DNA of 64,000 nucleotides from Phoronis australis (taxonomy: Eukaryota > Animalia > Phoronida). The stretch is from assembly GCA_002633005.1 (NCBI GenBank), contig NMRA01000145.1, forward strand, positions 275,898-339,897. The letters are read 5' to 3'. Under the pieces are notes generated by a model, which was given only the letters and a program-made list of their open reading frames with translations, made no database searches and was not told where the DNA came from. The translations under genes and the position numbers were made by a program. This document shows, piece by piece, positions 40,801-53,462 of the stretch; positions within the stretch are counted from its first letter, which is position 1; each line of letters begins with the position of its first letter.

Positions 40801-41799
40801 CTTCTTGGCAGGCAAACCTTAAAACTGCTCAACAAATCTTGTTTGCAGCCCCCATCAGCACACTTAACATCTGTTTCCTGTATTATAGTAGCTCTCACCT
40901 CCCTTTTATTGGAATTTGCCGGTTGTTCTCAGTCGAGGGAATTTTCTAGCAACACTGGCCAGCAACCCACAATCAAATTTCATCTTCTGCAAGAATCCCA
41001 GGTGACAATCCAACAGTTTGTCTCTGTATTATAGGATAGGGTGTTAATTTCTGTAGACTTTTGCAAAGAGTTACAGATGTGGGTCAAGTTATCAGGTCAT
41101 GTTGGACACTAGAAAAATGTCCAACATTGGAAGATCATATCTTAGAAAGAACTGGACAGATTGATATGAAACTCTCAGATAGTATGCTTTACGTTCTGTT
41201 CGCCAAACTGCTGTTGAGAAGCTATCAGATAAGAAAACTTTTATGAGTTTTATGAAAAAAATGAACAGTTGCATAAACAAAATGTAATGAAAACTGTACA
41301 GTGATTTTGGGTTTCATCTTTATTGATTGCATCAAATAAAATATATGTTACTGATGCTGTTGTTTTGTCATCATTGAACATTTCTTTTTTGCTAAATTTT
41401 AGCAAAAACACGTAGTGACCGGAATAACATTGGAGTGGTATGAAGTCTAAAATCAAATTCTACAGGTTTTTATGCTTCAGAAATGATTTTATGGTTTTGT
41501 TGATTGACTGAATGCAGAGCCTTGTCAACAAATTCCTAAGTAACTTTAGAAGCCTTCTTTCAACAAGTATAAGCATGGAGCTGGATTCTGGCTTTTAGTA
41601 TAAACATGTACATTATTTTTTTCATTTTTGGCCAAGTATACATGTCGCTGCTGGTTTGAAAGCCTTGATATACCCACCTGTCCTATAAGATAATGTTTGC
41701 CAGGAGTTTTACAACATCATGGATGAAACTAAAGAATGCTGCAAGTTCGCAGTATTTTACATGGATCGGTACGCCTGAGTTCATGACCAAACTTACTGT

Positions 41800-42345
41800 A
41801 AAAATTGTTCAATTTGGGACAAAAATAATTTCAAAAATTGCCACATATCTATTTTTCATAGGCCTTCCACACTGCTGCAAATTCTCATTTTTTTTCATAT
41901 GTGTTTGGTAATAGCTCTGCCATACAAACTATGATGAAAGCAAAATAATTTTTCTGTGTAGTTCTTTTTGTTGGGAAATTTGGCAAAATGAATTTTCACT
42001 TGTCAGCCATTTTGTGTGACCTAAACGGAAGAATCTGTACCGTAAGATAAAGTTGAACTGTTCTCAACAGAACAGCTGAACAAGCAGTGCGTACGAAAAG
42101 TTTCTCATCAAATTCAAACAAAAACAATGGCAGAAATTGTCATGTTTTGTTTTCAGTCACTGTATTGCCAAGGAGGTTCAAAATTTCATTGTGTGTTTAT
42201 TGATGACAGGGTACTACGGTATATAAATTTCCAAATAATGAAGTAAAATTGTCTTCCTGTTCACTATTGTTGAAAATTTTGATTTTACTGTTTCGTCATA
42301 TTGGGTTCCAATTTGGAGAAACTTGACCATAATAAGTGACTATGA
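41800..42345 (+). repeat. Two tandem units of a ~250-300 bp dispersed repeat family (other copies ~11570-11800, 35985-36235, 45020-45260, 54120-54360)
   Basis: Recurring blocks AAAAATAATTGCCAAAATT(G/A)CCA... and AAATTTCACTTGTC.GCCATATTGTGTCCTAA.TTGG..AAATTTTAC. Boundaries are approximate. Confidence 0.6.
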
Positions 42346-45300
42346 TCACATTCTGTCTTCAACGTTTCTAAGAAGGTTGCAAGAGTTAGAAGTTAATTTG
42401 CCATTTATTGGCTCTAGTTGATGGATATTGGTGTTGAATCCTGTCATTGACTGAAATATTCAAAGCGTCCTTCACAGTCCTCATCTTGGTGCATTTTTGT
42501 ATATTTGAAGCAACAAAAGTTTTCCTCTAAAAAGATTGTGGAATTCAGTACAGTTGAAGTCAGGATGCAATATTGAGAACAAGTGGGGTTTGTTTTGTTA
42601 AGACTTTCAATACAGAGGAAGATATAAAAATAGTCTACTTCATCCTCAATGTAGATTTACTCAAAGGAGACGCTAAAACATGAGTTGTAGCTATGCCTAT
42701 TTAAAAAAAATGGTGATTGTGACTACTATGTTTTTTGTTCTGTTGAAGACAGGTGTTGTGAAGTAGAATGAATGAATTGACAAGGGGAAAGCTGTGCTGT
42801 TTTTTATCTGTGCACTGTAGCATGATGTCTCATGTGCAGTCATGAAGAACTGTGTTCAGCTGCAAATAGACCGATTTACACAACTCAGTGGATGTGCTGC
42901 ATGCGTGTATACAATTAAAGCAATCATCCTGTTGCTAGGTGGAGATATAGTCACAACACTTGTTCTCTTGATAGTGCTAGGTACGTGTGTTTAGATGGTT
43001 GTTAAGTTTTATATTATGCTCTTTCCTGTCACTAGAGGGTGTAACTGATGCTTAAATATTTATTTAATATTTTTTTTTTACTGCAATGAGATTCAACGAA
43101 AAGCTAGGATTATGCAAATTTAAAGTTGCTGGACCCAAGTTTGATGAATAAGCAGCTAAAACTCTTTTGTATTTTATATATCGGACCTCCCCAAAGCCGC
43201 ATATCTTTGTATGAACTTGCAATAATCACATAAAAATTCAATCGGATGCGGGATTATTGTTAGATAATCAAAGGACTCACTATTGGATTTCTTATACCGG
43301 GCCCAAAACTCATGTTTTTTATGTATAACACACTAAGAAATTTGATTTAATTTTAATTTTAGGTGCCTAAGGTCCGTCAAGTGTAATAGAACTCTCAATG
43401 TTTGTGTTTCCGTGTTGCACTTTTTTATTTGATCATCAAGTTATCTCAGTTGATATATAAATGTAATTTGTCTTGTCAGATTATGAGATTAGGTAAATGA
43501 TTTAAATTTATATACATGAACTGGAGAAATTCCACAGTTGGTTTACTCATAGTTTATTATTTTCCAGTCCTTTGCCAAAATGAACAATTTAAAGATATTT
43601 TGCATTAAAGTTAAATGCCAAAAAATTCTATTCACCTGTCAGTTGTAATACTTTGTTAACTCTCTGTCGTTCATTAATCAATGGAATAGATAGCACCCAT
43701 CATAGAAATTCTTTTTTGGATATTTTGAGCGATATTCATCTTTCAGGATCTTTATTCTCTTATATCTTTATGAAAAAATTATTTTATGCTGTCGTACTGG
43801 AACTCCTGCCGAAAATCTGGACCTTCTTGAGTGATGGAGAATTTAATACGTGAAAAATGATGTCGTTCACCAACGAGACTTAGCCATATTGACTTAAGAC
43901 TTTTAAGCCCTGGCGGTGTAAGGTAGCACTATTGATTTTTGTCGTAATAACCATGTGAAATTACTCCCCGGAGATAACTCTTATAATTGCATATATTAAA
44001 GTCTTGTCCGTGTGATGTTGATAAGTCGCTGACCCGTTGACATTGACGTTTGTTTGAAATTGGGTGACATCGCCACGGTTGCATTGTGTTATTTGAAAAC
44101 AAACTGCTCAAGTGGTTCATTGATTTCCACCGGTGGGCTTTGTTTTGAAATGTTACACAAGAATAACAAGTTGAGATAAACTGTGATAAAAAATTAACAG
44201 TCGTGTGAACACACAAGGAGGTGTTCATTGTGTCTTTTCTGCCTCTTTGTTGAAATAAATTGATCCTTTGTATAAAAGCAAAGTTTTTGACATTTCATTG
44301 ATTATCTTTCCCAAAGGCTAAAAGTCTTTATGTCCTTCCTTGGCATTGTGAGTCATTGTTGCTGTAGAAACGCATGCAATCAGTCAAAAACTCAAAAACC
44401 ACCTACAGTGATTTCTTACAATTACAGCATTGTTCATTGTTTCAGCCATTGTTAGTTGTTTCAATAAACACCAGAGGGCCCCACTATTGTTTTCTTTGTC
44501 TCCATGACAATGTTCAAACACAACCTGTTCCCATTTCATCGATGATCATAAACAAGCCAGGATTTGACAAACACCGACGGAGACGCAGTGGCTCCGTTTT
44601 CCCTACTCTGCACACACCTGAGATCGATTGAGTACTCTTTAAGCTAATGAAGACAAATTGAATATTTCTTTTTTCGCTCACTGCAGTGTGAAATTCGTGG
44701 GCATTTTGTCATTAGCTGCAGCATTTTCGCATCAGCTGAATTAGTAGTCTTGTAGTAATGGAAATTTTCTGAAATAAGTGATGAAGTGTATTGGGAATGG
44801 TTGTATAGGTTTTATCTGTTAGATGATGTTGGCATGCTCCTCTTCAACCTCTTACAGGGAAGCAAAGTGCTTTTCTCAGTATCATTTGGTCTACATGCTT
44901 GAATCTAAGCAAACTTTTCAATACTCTTAAGTGTTGTGAATAGATTCATCAATTTCGGTTGGGCTGATGGAATATATGTCGATGGTTATACAGGTTTAAT
45001 CTATTGTTGTTTTAGTTCTGTAAAATCTGAACAATTTCAGATAAAAATAATTGCCAAAATTACCATTTTTTCGTCTTAAATGGTCTTTTTACATTGTTAT
45101 GAATGCCCACATTTTTTCAAAATGTTTTCAATGTTTTCTGATCATAACTATGATACAGAACTGGAACATTGTAAAGCGTTAGTTTGATGCTAGTATCTTA
45201 ATGCAAAAATTAGAATTTGCCGGCCATATTGTGTCCTAAACTAGTGAGATATTACTGTATACATGAATACAAAAGATGATATTACTGCCCAGAAATTAAC

Positions 45301-46571
45301 ATTATATCTAGGCAATAGTGTTGGTGTAACTGAATATTTACTGTTGTTTCGGTACACATTTTCGAATTATTTCATAAAACCTAAGTGACTGAATTATTAA
45401 TCACATTTGTTAGGTCGCTGAATTATTATCTTTCACCTCCCTGTAGGCCTTTGGTTTCTCATCCCCAATGTATGTTACGATCCAATTAATCCACTTTCCA
45501 GTGTTGTATAAATTATGCAATGTCAATATTAGATGTTTGACATCACTAAAGTTCATTGTGCCGAATGGGGCACCGCACTGTTGACTTTCATTTAGTTGAC
45601 TTACCAAGCAAACAGTCCAATACTAATCTGGCTAACTAGCAAATTTCAATGTATTAGCTTAGCCTTTCCTTGATATTATTTGAGCTAATTATCATAGTTT
45701 GGGTTTGTTTGAGTTTTATTTATCTTTAACGGCTGTTTTAGTCTTTGTATTGTAAACCAGCAGATAACTGCCACTTCCTGCGATCAGTCCAATGTTAAAG
45801 TTGATTGTCTGTGAAAGATAAAAAACGAATATTTTAGGTCTTTGTCTGTTGATGAACACAATAGAACTAAAGGTGTGTGATCAAGGAGTTAAGTATTACA
45901 GAGGAGAAAGATAAAAATATTATTAAATATAGTTCCATGATGTTCTAATATTATCTGTTTTAATAGAGAATTGCGTAATAGCAAAAAGTTATGTACGGTT
46001 TGCGTTTGTAGAGGTTTTTTGTAATAATTGGAGAATTAATACAAACTAAATCAATATTGTTGATATTATGAAATAGTTCACCCTAAAATGTTTAGTTACT
46101 GTGTTCCAGAGAATGCTATCCACTCAGTTAATACAGCTCTGTTTGTGCAAAACTTTTGTTCAGGGATGGATGGGATTGATGCTTGCTAATGGTGTAATAC
46201 TTAATGTCATAAAAATGATGTGTGAAGACAAAGTTCAGTGCTTTATTAATTGTCATTCCACGTCATTAAACATATGACTGCAACAGCCAAAAGTGTGATT
46301 CTGTAGTTAGAAAATCGAGGCACATACAATTTGCAATGATTGTTTATGAAAATATCAATTTCTTCACACTTTTGTGGGAGGGGGTGGGGATTTAGGGAAA
46401 CATGTATGTTTTATTCATTTATGAAAATGGAGATAATTGCAAATGGGGCCTTTAAAAATTAGAAAGGAAAAGCTGATTCGTCAATACAACTTGTAGCTAG
46501 AGTGTTCAGATTGTGTTAGATTTCACCTTGTCCTGTAGAGTTACTGTATGTATTCATGTTTCTTGTTTCAG

Positions 46572-46692
46572 TTACGAACCTGAAAGCCAAACGGTCAGCG
46601 GTCGATCTTCCCCTGACGGATGGATCACTGGTTTGAATACAGGCAATACAACAGAACGGAGCAGCATTTTATCAACTGTGACCTACGATGAT
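46572..46692 (+). CDS. FAM149B1: FAM149 exon 3 (YEPESQ...GNTTERSSILSTVTYDD)
   Basis: Acceptor tgtttcag, donor GTAAGC, phases 2/0. Similar to human GISTEGSSDFSWGYG. Confidence 0.88.
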
Positions 46693-46962
46693 GTAAGCTC
46701 TACCTAATGATTGATGTTTTCTCCAGATCTTGTTTTTGGCAAATGCATTTCAACTTTAACTATGATTCGTCTGTTTATTCATTTTACCTTCAGCTGGAGG
46801 TTACTCTCAGTGTATCGGCTTGCATCAGAAAGTAAACAAAGCGCTTATCCAATAGCGCAGCTAAGCTCGCCAAAACAATAGGCCTAATTTAGTGGTCATG
46901 CTGTTTATGTGAGGAAAAGTAATGTCTGTCTTTTTGAATTAAATTATTTGCACCATCTTCAG

Positions 46963-47114
46963 GAGTTTGATAAAGAGGCAGCGAGGACAGTGCGGCGACT
47001 GTTTGAGGAAATCGACAGTCTATTGTATGAGCCCAACAGTACTCCAAATGGTGGCCACAAGGAACACATAAAAAATGAATGCGAGGACTGGCTACTACAG
47101 TTCCCTCATCTCAG
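46963..47114 (+). CDS. FAM149B1: FAM149 exon 4, DUF3719 core (EFDKEAARTVRRLFEEIDSLLYE...ECEDWLLQFPHLR)
   Basis: Diagnostic FAM149 motif. Acceptor catcttcag, donor GTAGGG, phases 0/2. Confidence 0.95.
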
Positions 47115-47599
47115 GTAGGGGGCGTTATTGGTGACATAAGAAGGCTAAAGTTTGTTTTAGTTTGCTGCCAATTAAATTCCGACAACCAAGATATTATTGA
47201 CAAGAATTTGCTTACAACTAAACCAGAATTTCAAATTGAAATTTGAAATTGAAGGAACTTCATCAGTAGTTGTTTGGAATTTAGTTGCTTTTCTTATCAT
47301 TTTCTGGGAACCATAGCATACAGTCATTGTTTTGTTCCCCAATTTGTCCATTTCTGTTTGACGCATGACATGCTCAGTTCGTAATAAGTTTATGCTCGTA
47401 GTCTTTACGTTACTCTCAAGAAATTATATTTTAATGTTGCCTCTGCACTTCCAAGCCCTTGAGTCCATAGTACCCATCCTCCATAATTGTTGGAGGTTAG
47501 AATTTATATTTAAAAAGGAGAAGAATATCTCTCTCTATTATTGTTATTGTAAAACATGAGAGGATTACCAAGAAGTTTTTGTTTCTTTAGGGATGAAAT

Positions 47600-47870
47600 T
47601 GATCCCATTTGTAAATGATCCAATTTGTAAATACTGTTTAATTTAATGTAACTTAATTTAATCTATTTATCTATCTTAATTCATTTAATTAATTTTTGCT
47701 ATAGAGGACCATGCTGCATATTAGCCTTTGGCTAAAGCATGTTTTATATCTATCGTATTTTATCCTCTATAAATAAAGTTTACGATTATTATGATCATTA
47801 TGATCATTATGATCATTATGATTATTATTATTATGATTATGATTATTATTATTATTATTATTATTATTAT
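47600..47870 (+). mobile_element. LINE (L2/CR1-group-like) 3' end with microsatellite tail
   Basis: Stem-loop ATAGAGGA..CATGCT..TTAGCC/GGCTAA..AGCATG..TCCTCTAT, then AATAAAG, then a (TAT/GAT/CAT)n tail at 47783-47870. Confidence 0.6.
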
Positions 47871-48184
47871 CCCACGACGTTGCTTCTAAGTTGCATCTGC
47901 AACCATCTAAACCCATGTCTCATACCAGTAGACACACAATACATATCTCCAGGTAGCCCGTAAACTCCCTACACGCACCGAAAATGCTTCATACATGTTG
48001 GCCTAAGTCCAGTCCCATTTAGAAGATGGATGGGCAATCTGGGCCTGGAGTGTAATCTTTTACTCAAAATTATTTTTGCCATTCTCTATTCTACTTTTGT
48101 ACAGACTTGAGATAAGCGTCTGATATTTTATGCTCAAGTGCCTAATGTCTTACATGGATGATTTTTTAATCCAACTATATTCTT

Positions 48185-48390
48185 GTTGACCCCAGCATTA
48201 AGGCCAAAAGTTTGTGTCAGAACTCGAAAGTTTGAGTCTTTTCTTGAAAGCTTGAGGTTGTAGCACGAACATCGGTGTCATCAGGTGCAAACTTGATCTA
48301 GAAATAAATGCATAAACCGTAACGTGCTCTACTTATCTAGAGTTTGCACAAAAGTAGAATAGACATTGACTTTTTGTCAAAAATAATTTC
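48185..48390 (+). mobile_element. Degenerate internal fragment of the 25283-25685 MITE family
   Basis: TTGTAGCACGAA...GCAAACTTGA.CTAGAAA...ATGCATAAAC.GTAA...GCACAAAAG is shared with 25500-25640. Confidence 0.7.
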
Positions 48391-48750
48391 AAGTTTTCAT
48401 TCAACCTCTGGTGTCCAATACTGGATTTTTGCTCCTGTGTCTGAAGTTTGGCTGGTGGAGTTGAAGAGTTTTCGGGTGTGGTGCTAAAAGACGCCTCATC
48501 TGGGATTTATGCTACGACCTTGGGAATGGTGAAGCCTTGGTTGATCAGTATGTTAACATTTCCATTTCCATTTCCTTTTGGTGTATCATGTATACCTTGC
48601 TGAGAACACCTCTATTATGAACTTAAGTCTTTTTCTGGTGCATAGATTCCCAGGCCTCTATTTTTTGAAACTGTTGACCCTTCTTTTTCAATATTACTGT
48701 TGGGTGCATCATAAGGAACACCAGTGAGAATGGGTGTTTTGCTCTTGCAG

Positions 48751-49029
48751 GCTCATTGGCCAACAGGTATTCACACCCCTGGATCAGGGTTTCGAAGTCA
48801 TACCTCAGGAAACACCACGCCCGTCAACGGGCAGTGTGCTTATTGATGTCGAGCAGGACTCGCAAGACAGCTTCGGCCCTGGCCTCGGCATTGTGGGTAA
48901 AAGCGTCAAGGCGGCGACGGTGCCTGAGTCGCAGAAGAATCACGACCCGGAGTATGCCCATTTGTACGAGGAAGTGTTTGAGCAAGATGGGTTGTATGAG
49001 GAGTATATGGCCCTCGACTATCAGATGTC
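48751..49029 (+). CDS. FAM149B1: FAM149 exon 5 (LIGQQVFTP...DGLYEEYMALDYQM)
   Basis: Acceptor ctcttgcag, donor GTAAGT, phases 2/2. Matches ILGRQIITP and EGIIEEYLAFD. Confidence 0.93.
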
Positions 49030-50264
49030 GTAAGTGATATCGATATAGACGTTTGGCAGACCTTGCAGCAAATTTATTGGAAGAATTTTGACGTCTGCTT
49101 GTGTTTGTCTGCTGTTACATGCATTTGGCCAAAGTGAAGCCCAGTACTTTTAAAAAAAGTTCATGAAACCAATTCTTGTCAGAAATCTGCAAAATTTAGA
49201 GCAAAATGTTGGCTAACCTTCCAATGATTCAATTTTTGCCTGGTTTTCTTCTGCTTATTGTCGTTACTTTGGTGAAAGTAAACGGCATTCCATCACAAAT
49301 TTCTCTCATTCATTATTACTTGTTGACTTCAATTGCCCATCAACAAGGGCTTTATTTTTTGGCAACTTAACAGTGTGTGGCTGACTGGGCCAAAGAAAAG
49401 CATAATTAGTGCTGGTCTGTACTTCAACTTATTTTGAGACCTGCTCTCTCCCCGAATAAAAATAAATAAGATAAAAACCTACTCGGCTGCATCAATTTCA
49501 ACCGAGATCCTCTCTTTTGTTTTTATCAAAAGCTGCACAAAGGCAAGGGTTGGCAAGATTTGAAATGTTCTGATTAGTCGAGTGAGGAGTAAAGAAAATC
49601 CAGAATCATTTTTGCTCATCTCATGTGGGTTTTCATTTTTGAAAAAGAAGGCAACTAAAAAAGTTACATACCATTGACTCAAAAATTGGACCAGGTCCAG
49701 CTCTGCTTTTTGGCCTTAACTTCACCGTCTCAATATCCTTAATGGACAAAAGCCACCAGGCCTTTTGGTTGATAATTGCTCCAAACATTGACCATACTTA
49801 CACAAAAGTAGTCCCACATGGTTTTCAGTAAGTCTTAGACAAAAGTGTCGTAGATAAGAACTGTTCATATGTTGTGATCCTGCCCAGTCTGTTCAACAAG
49901 GGAGAAAAATCCTATTTTTAGTTCCAGCTTCTGTCAGAAACAGACATTGAACAAGAGAAAGTTATAATGGTCCAACGTCCTATTTCTTAACACTTCTGTA
50001 AATGTATCGGATGGGTAAAACGGTTGGTGGATAAAAATTCTCAAGGAAAAATAGTGACAAATTCTAGTCGAGTTTTATGTTTTGCATTACCAACACAAAT
50101 ATTTTATTATATTTGCTTAAGAATTTCATAAAATAAATGTACTGACCTGTCTAGCTTCCCAATTGCTTTGGCTGGACTAGTTTCTACATGTCTTGTGTCA
50201 AATTTCAAATTAAAGCAGGTGGAAACTCTTATAAGAATTTCTCAACCCAGATCCAAGTGTAATG

Positions 50265-50384
50265 GCATTGTATCATGCATGCATTGTATCATGCATGCAT
50301 TGTATCATGCATGCATTGTATCATGCATGCATTGTATCATGTATGCATTGTATCATGCATGCATTGTATCATGCATGCATTGTA
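50265..50384. repeat. 16-bp minisatellite (GCATTGTATCATGCAT)x~7.5
   Basis: Directly visible. Confidence 0.95.
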
Positions 50385-50522
50385 CTCTATTAGGGATAAG
50401 ATAAGACCAGACTCCCTGATTTTAAATGGCGATCTTTAGTGTTCACGCAATTCAATAGTTGGTTTTCTAATTCTTATCACTAACTTGTCCAATGACTGAT
50501 CAATGTTCTTACGTTTCTTCAG

Positions 50523-50817
50523 GGAAGAAGAGCACAGGACGAAGCATAAGCGGCGACACCGTTACCCTCCGCTGACGCCGATGGCAAACATCAAAGACAG
50601 TGTGATGGGCTCAGGGTTCGACTGTGTCTGGCAGGACTCCCTAGAGTGGGTTAAGAGACTGTTATCACAGTACACGTCTCGTGTGCTGGAAGAACATGAG
50701 ACAGAGGAGAGAAAAAACATAAACCTTGTGCCAAACTCAATGTCCAAGATAGATCAGCTGGATCAACTGTTAAATTTGGCGCCGTATCCCAACGTCGGTG
50801 GAGGTCTCATGGCAAAG
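50523..50817 (+). CDS. FAM149B1: FAM149 exon 6 (EEEHR...RYPPLTP...FDCVW...LMAK)
   Basis: Acceptor tttcttcag, donor GTAAGG, phases 2/0. Matches GYPPIAP...FDSVW. Confidence 0.92.
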
Positions 50818-51437
50818 GTAAGGGCCGCATCAGTGGCTGAGATTCATCAGTGGTGGGCCATGCGTTTGTTTTCCATGATTTCTTCTTTGGCTATGGATTC
50901 CTCTTCCTTTTCACAATGGGCCTGTTCACTTATTTGTTTGCACAGCTCAAGATTTAGAACATCGATGTTGCCTTGTGACGTATCGAGTCAATCTACATAA
51001 TGTTTGCATCACGTGGAAAAATAGCTTGGTTATCCAATCATAATGTCGGCATTGTTCTCTGACGTGTCGATTTACATATTTGCCATATATAACCATGCCT
51101 GTCTCTGTTTACCATAACATTGTTGTTTGATACTGGGATAATTTTTTACTTTAACTTCATATTTGATTTTATGAGTGACAAATATAAGAATAACTAGTCT
51201 TTAATAGTTTTCACAAATGTTGGAAAACTTGAGTTCAACGTTTGCATTTCTAACTTAGAGATACAATACTTTTGTTCATTCTTTTTTTGGCTTTTTCATA
51301 CTGGCTACTGAAACTCAGTACATGTTTTATACACTCAGTACATCAGGTAGTTCATGGAAAAGACCTCCAGGATTGGAACTGGGATTGTAACTCGGGTTTG
51401 TGGTGTTGAATTAAATAGTTACTGTTTTTCTCTCCAG

Positions 51438-51583
51438 CAACACACCTACCCAGAGCTAAAACCTTCATCCAGCAGCAGTTTCCCTTCTGTGGAACAGCCA
51501 CCAATGAGGAAAAAACACTTGGAAGATGTTTTGAAAATTGAAAGCAAGCAGTTAACCAGTCGGATGGATAGGGCTGGATTACA
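51438..51583 (+). CDS. FAM149B1: FAM149 exon 7 (QHTYPE...LEDVLKIESKQL...)
   Basis: Acceptor tctctccag, donor GTAAGT, phases 0/2. Confidence 0.85.
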
Positions 51584-52001
51584 GTAAGTTTGGAGCGTTA
51601 AAGTGCCATTCAGCATCCTTGTTTGATCCAAAACGACCCTGGCAAGTGATCTGTTGTTTAATTGTGGTGTGTCTGACTGACAATTAATTAGTTGTTATCC
51701 ATTTCTGAGTTAGTTTGGACACACTGGGAAAATTTTATACTTAGCTATTGACTATCAAAATCTTTATTCTTGACTGAAACCTCAGTGTAGCAACAATATC
51801 TTGAAGACTTTTGTAATGATTTTCTTTTCCCTGCCTGTCAATTTATTGGTCAAACATTCCAATACACTGTGAAATTGGTAAATGTGTGATTTTTTCGATA
51901 AGATCTGATTGTTTTTACTTAATTAAAGGCATATTGAAGACATCAGATCCTCATGAGGATAAATTGAATTTTAACGTGAAAGCTGTGATGTTTTTTTGTA
52001 G

Positions 52002-52164
52002 TGACAGCTTGGAATCCAGGGCGGAGTCGGTGAATTTCCGAATGAGGCCGGGCAGTGTGACGTACCCCAGGGCTGGAATTACATCGGCTACAAGGAAAAC
52101 CAGGGTCAAGCTTGCCCCCATTGGGTCGATGACAGACTCCAACAGAGTAAAAACGCCAAACTGG
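52002..52164 (+). CDS. FAM149B1: FAM149 exon 8 (DSLESR...MRPGS...KLAPI...KTPNW)
   Basis: Acceptor tttttttgtag, donor GTACGG, phases 2/0. MRPGS and L.PI motifs are shared with human. Confidence 0.85.
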
Positions 52165-53297
52165 GTACGGGACGTTACTTTATGTCTTGTGATTATTAGT
52201 AAACATATTAATCTTTTAAAAGATTACTTCTTCATGAGAGACCCACAAAATTACACATTATTGTGGAGAATGTTTTAGAAAAAGTTACCAAGTTCTTTTA
52301 TAAAGTAGTGCAAATTAAATCCGTTGTAAATCTGCATTCCATCAAAATTTAACTTGTGATTTAGACAACTTACACTAATTTGTTCCTCACGCAATTTAAA
52401 GATAATTTTTGAATTTTGGAAAGAGCATAAATTTCATTTTGCTTTATACTGGGTTGTACAGGTTCGCTTTCTGCACTGATCGTTATCCCAAGCAGTGTTG
52501 AAGTGTCAGTTCTTTCCCAGCTTAGCCTCCGCATCTCATCTGTGTAAGAAACGATTTGGACCGGATTTGATGCAATTAGTTGTCTATTAGTTTTTTTTGA
52601 CGGAACACCAGTTAACAGTAGATTATTTTTGACGGTAAATGTGTGCTTGCATTATTTGCACTCCCTTCTCTGATTTTGCAAAGCAGGTGGGATTGGTCCT
52701 CAGCTGCCTGTAGCAATGTAAAAATTCAGCAAGTTTTGGGTTGAATTTAAAATCAAAGTTTTATACATTGCAAAAGTTTATCGCTTGATGTCAGACATAA
52801 TTTTTTACATGGCATGCATGAAACCATTGTTCTGAGATCTAGAGTTTACCATGATGTAATAAGAGTTGAACCTCTTTAAAATTGACCAATCTCACCACAT
52901 AAGATTTGAACGTTTACTCAAAGCGTGTCAGGCGATTGGTCAATTTTTCAAGCAGTTTTGAGTTAGAGGCTAGTGGTCTCTAGCCTTGTCAAGTACTCGC
53001 TAACTGGAAGCACTGGACTGAGTTCTGTAGACTATAATACATTAGTTTACACTTGCGACGAAATATCATTGAATTCAATCCCATAATTCAACACTCCAAC
53101 CTCACCAACCAATCACTTGGATGGCCATCGATTTGCTAGGATAGGCTAGCAAGCTCCTAGTAAGATCTTTTCTCACAAGAAACTAGGCCTATAAGTGTAA
53201 GGATCACTCTCCTGGCCAGTTGCAACTTTTCAACTAAAACTTTATTGATCATGAACATTTATTCCAATAAAACATATTTATTTTTTCTTGTATGTAG

Positions 53298-53462
53298 GAG
53301 GACGATCCACATTCTCTAATCGGTGAACTGAGAGGAGTTGGCCTGCATATACCGGACAGAAGTGCCTCCCCTCCGTATTTCTTAGGCAAAATTGGTGCTC
53401 TACCCCCAATCCCCGTGAACCTTGAGTCGTCGGAGTCCCAGGTCAGCATACAAAACAAACAG
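53298..53462 (+). CDS. FAM149B1: FAM149 exon 9 (EDDPHSLIGELRGVGL...ALPPI...NKQ)
   Basis: Not in the ORF track (no start codon). 55 open codons, acceptor tatgtag, donor GTAGGT, phases 0/0. LRG and LPPI motifs. Confidence 0.85.
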
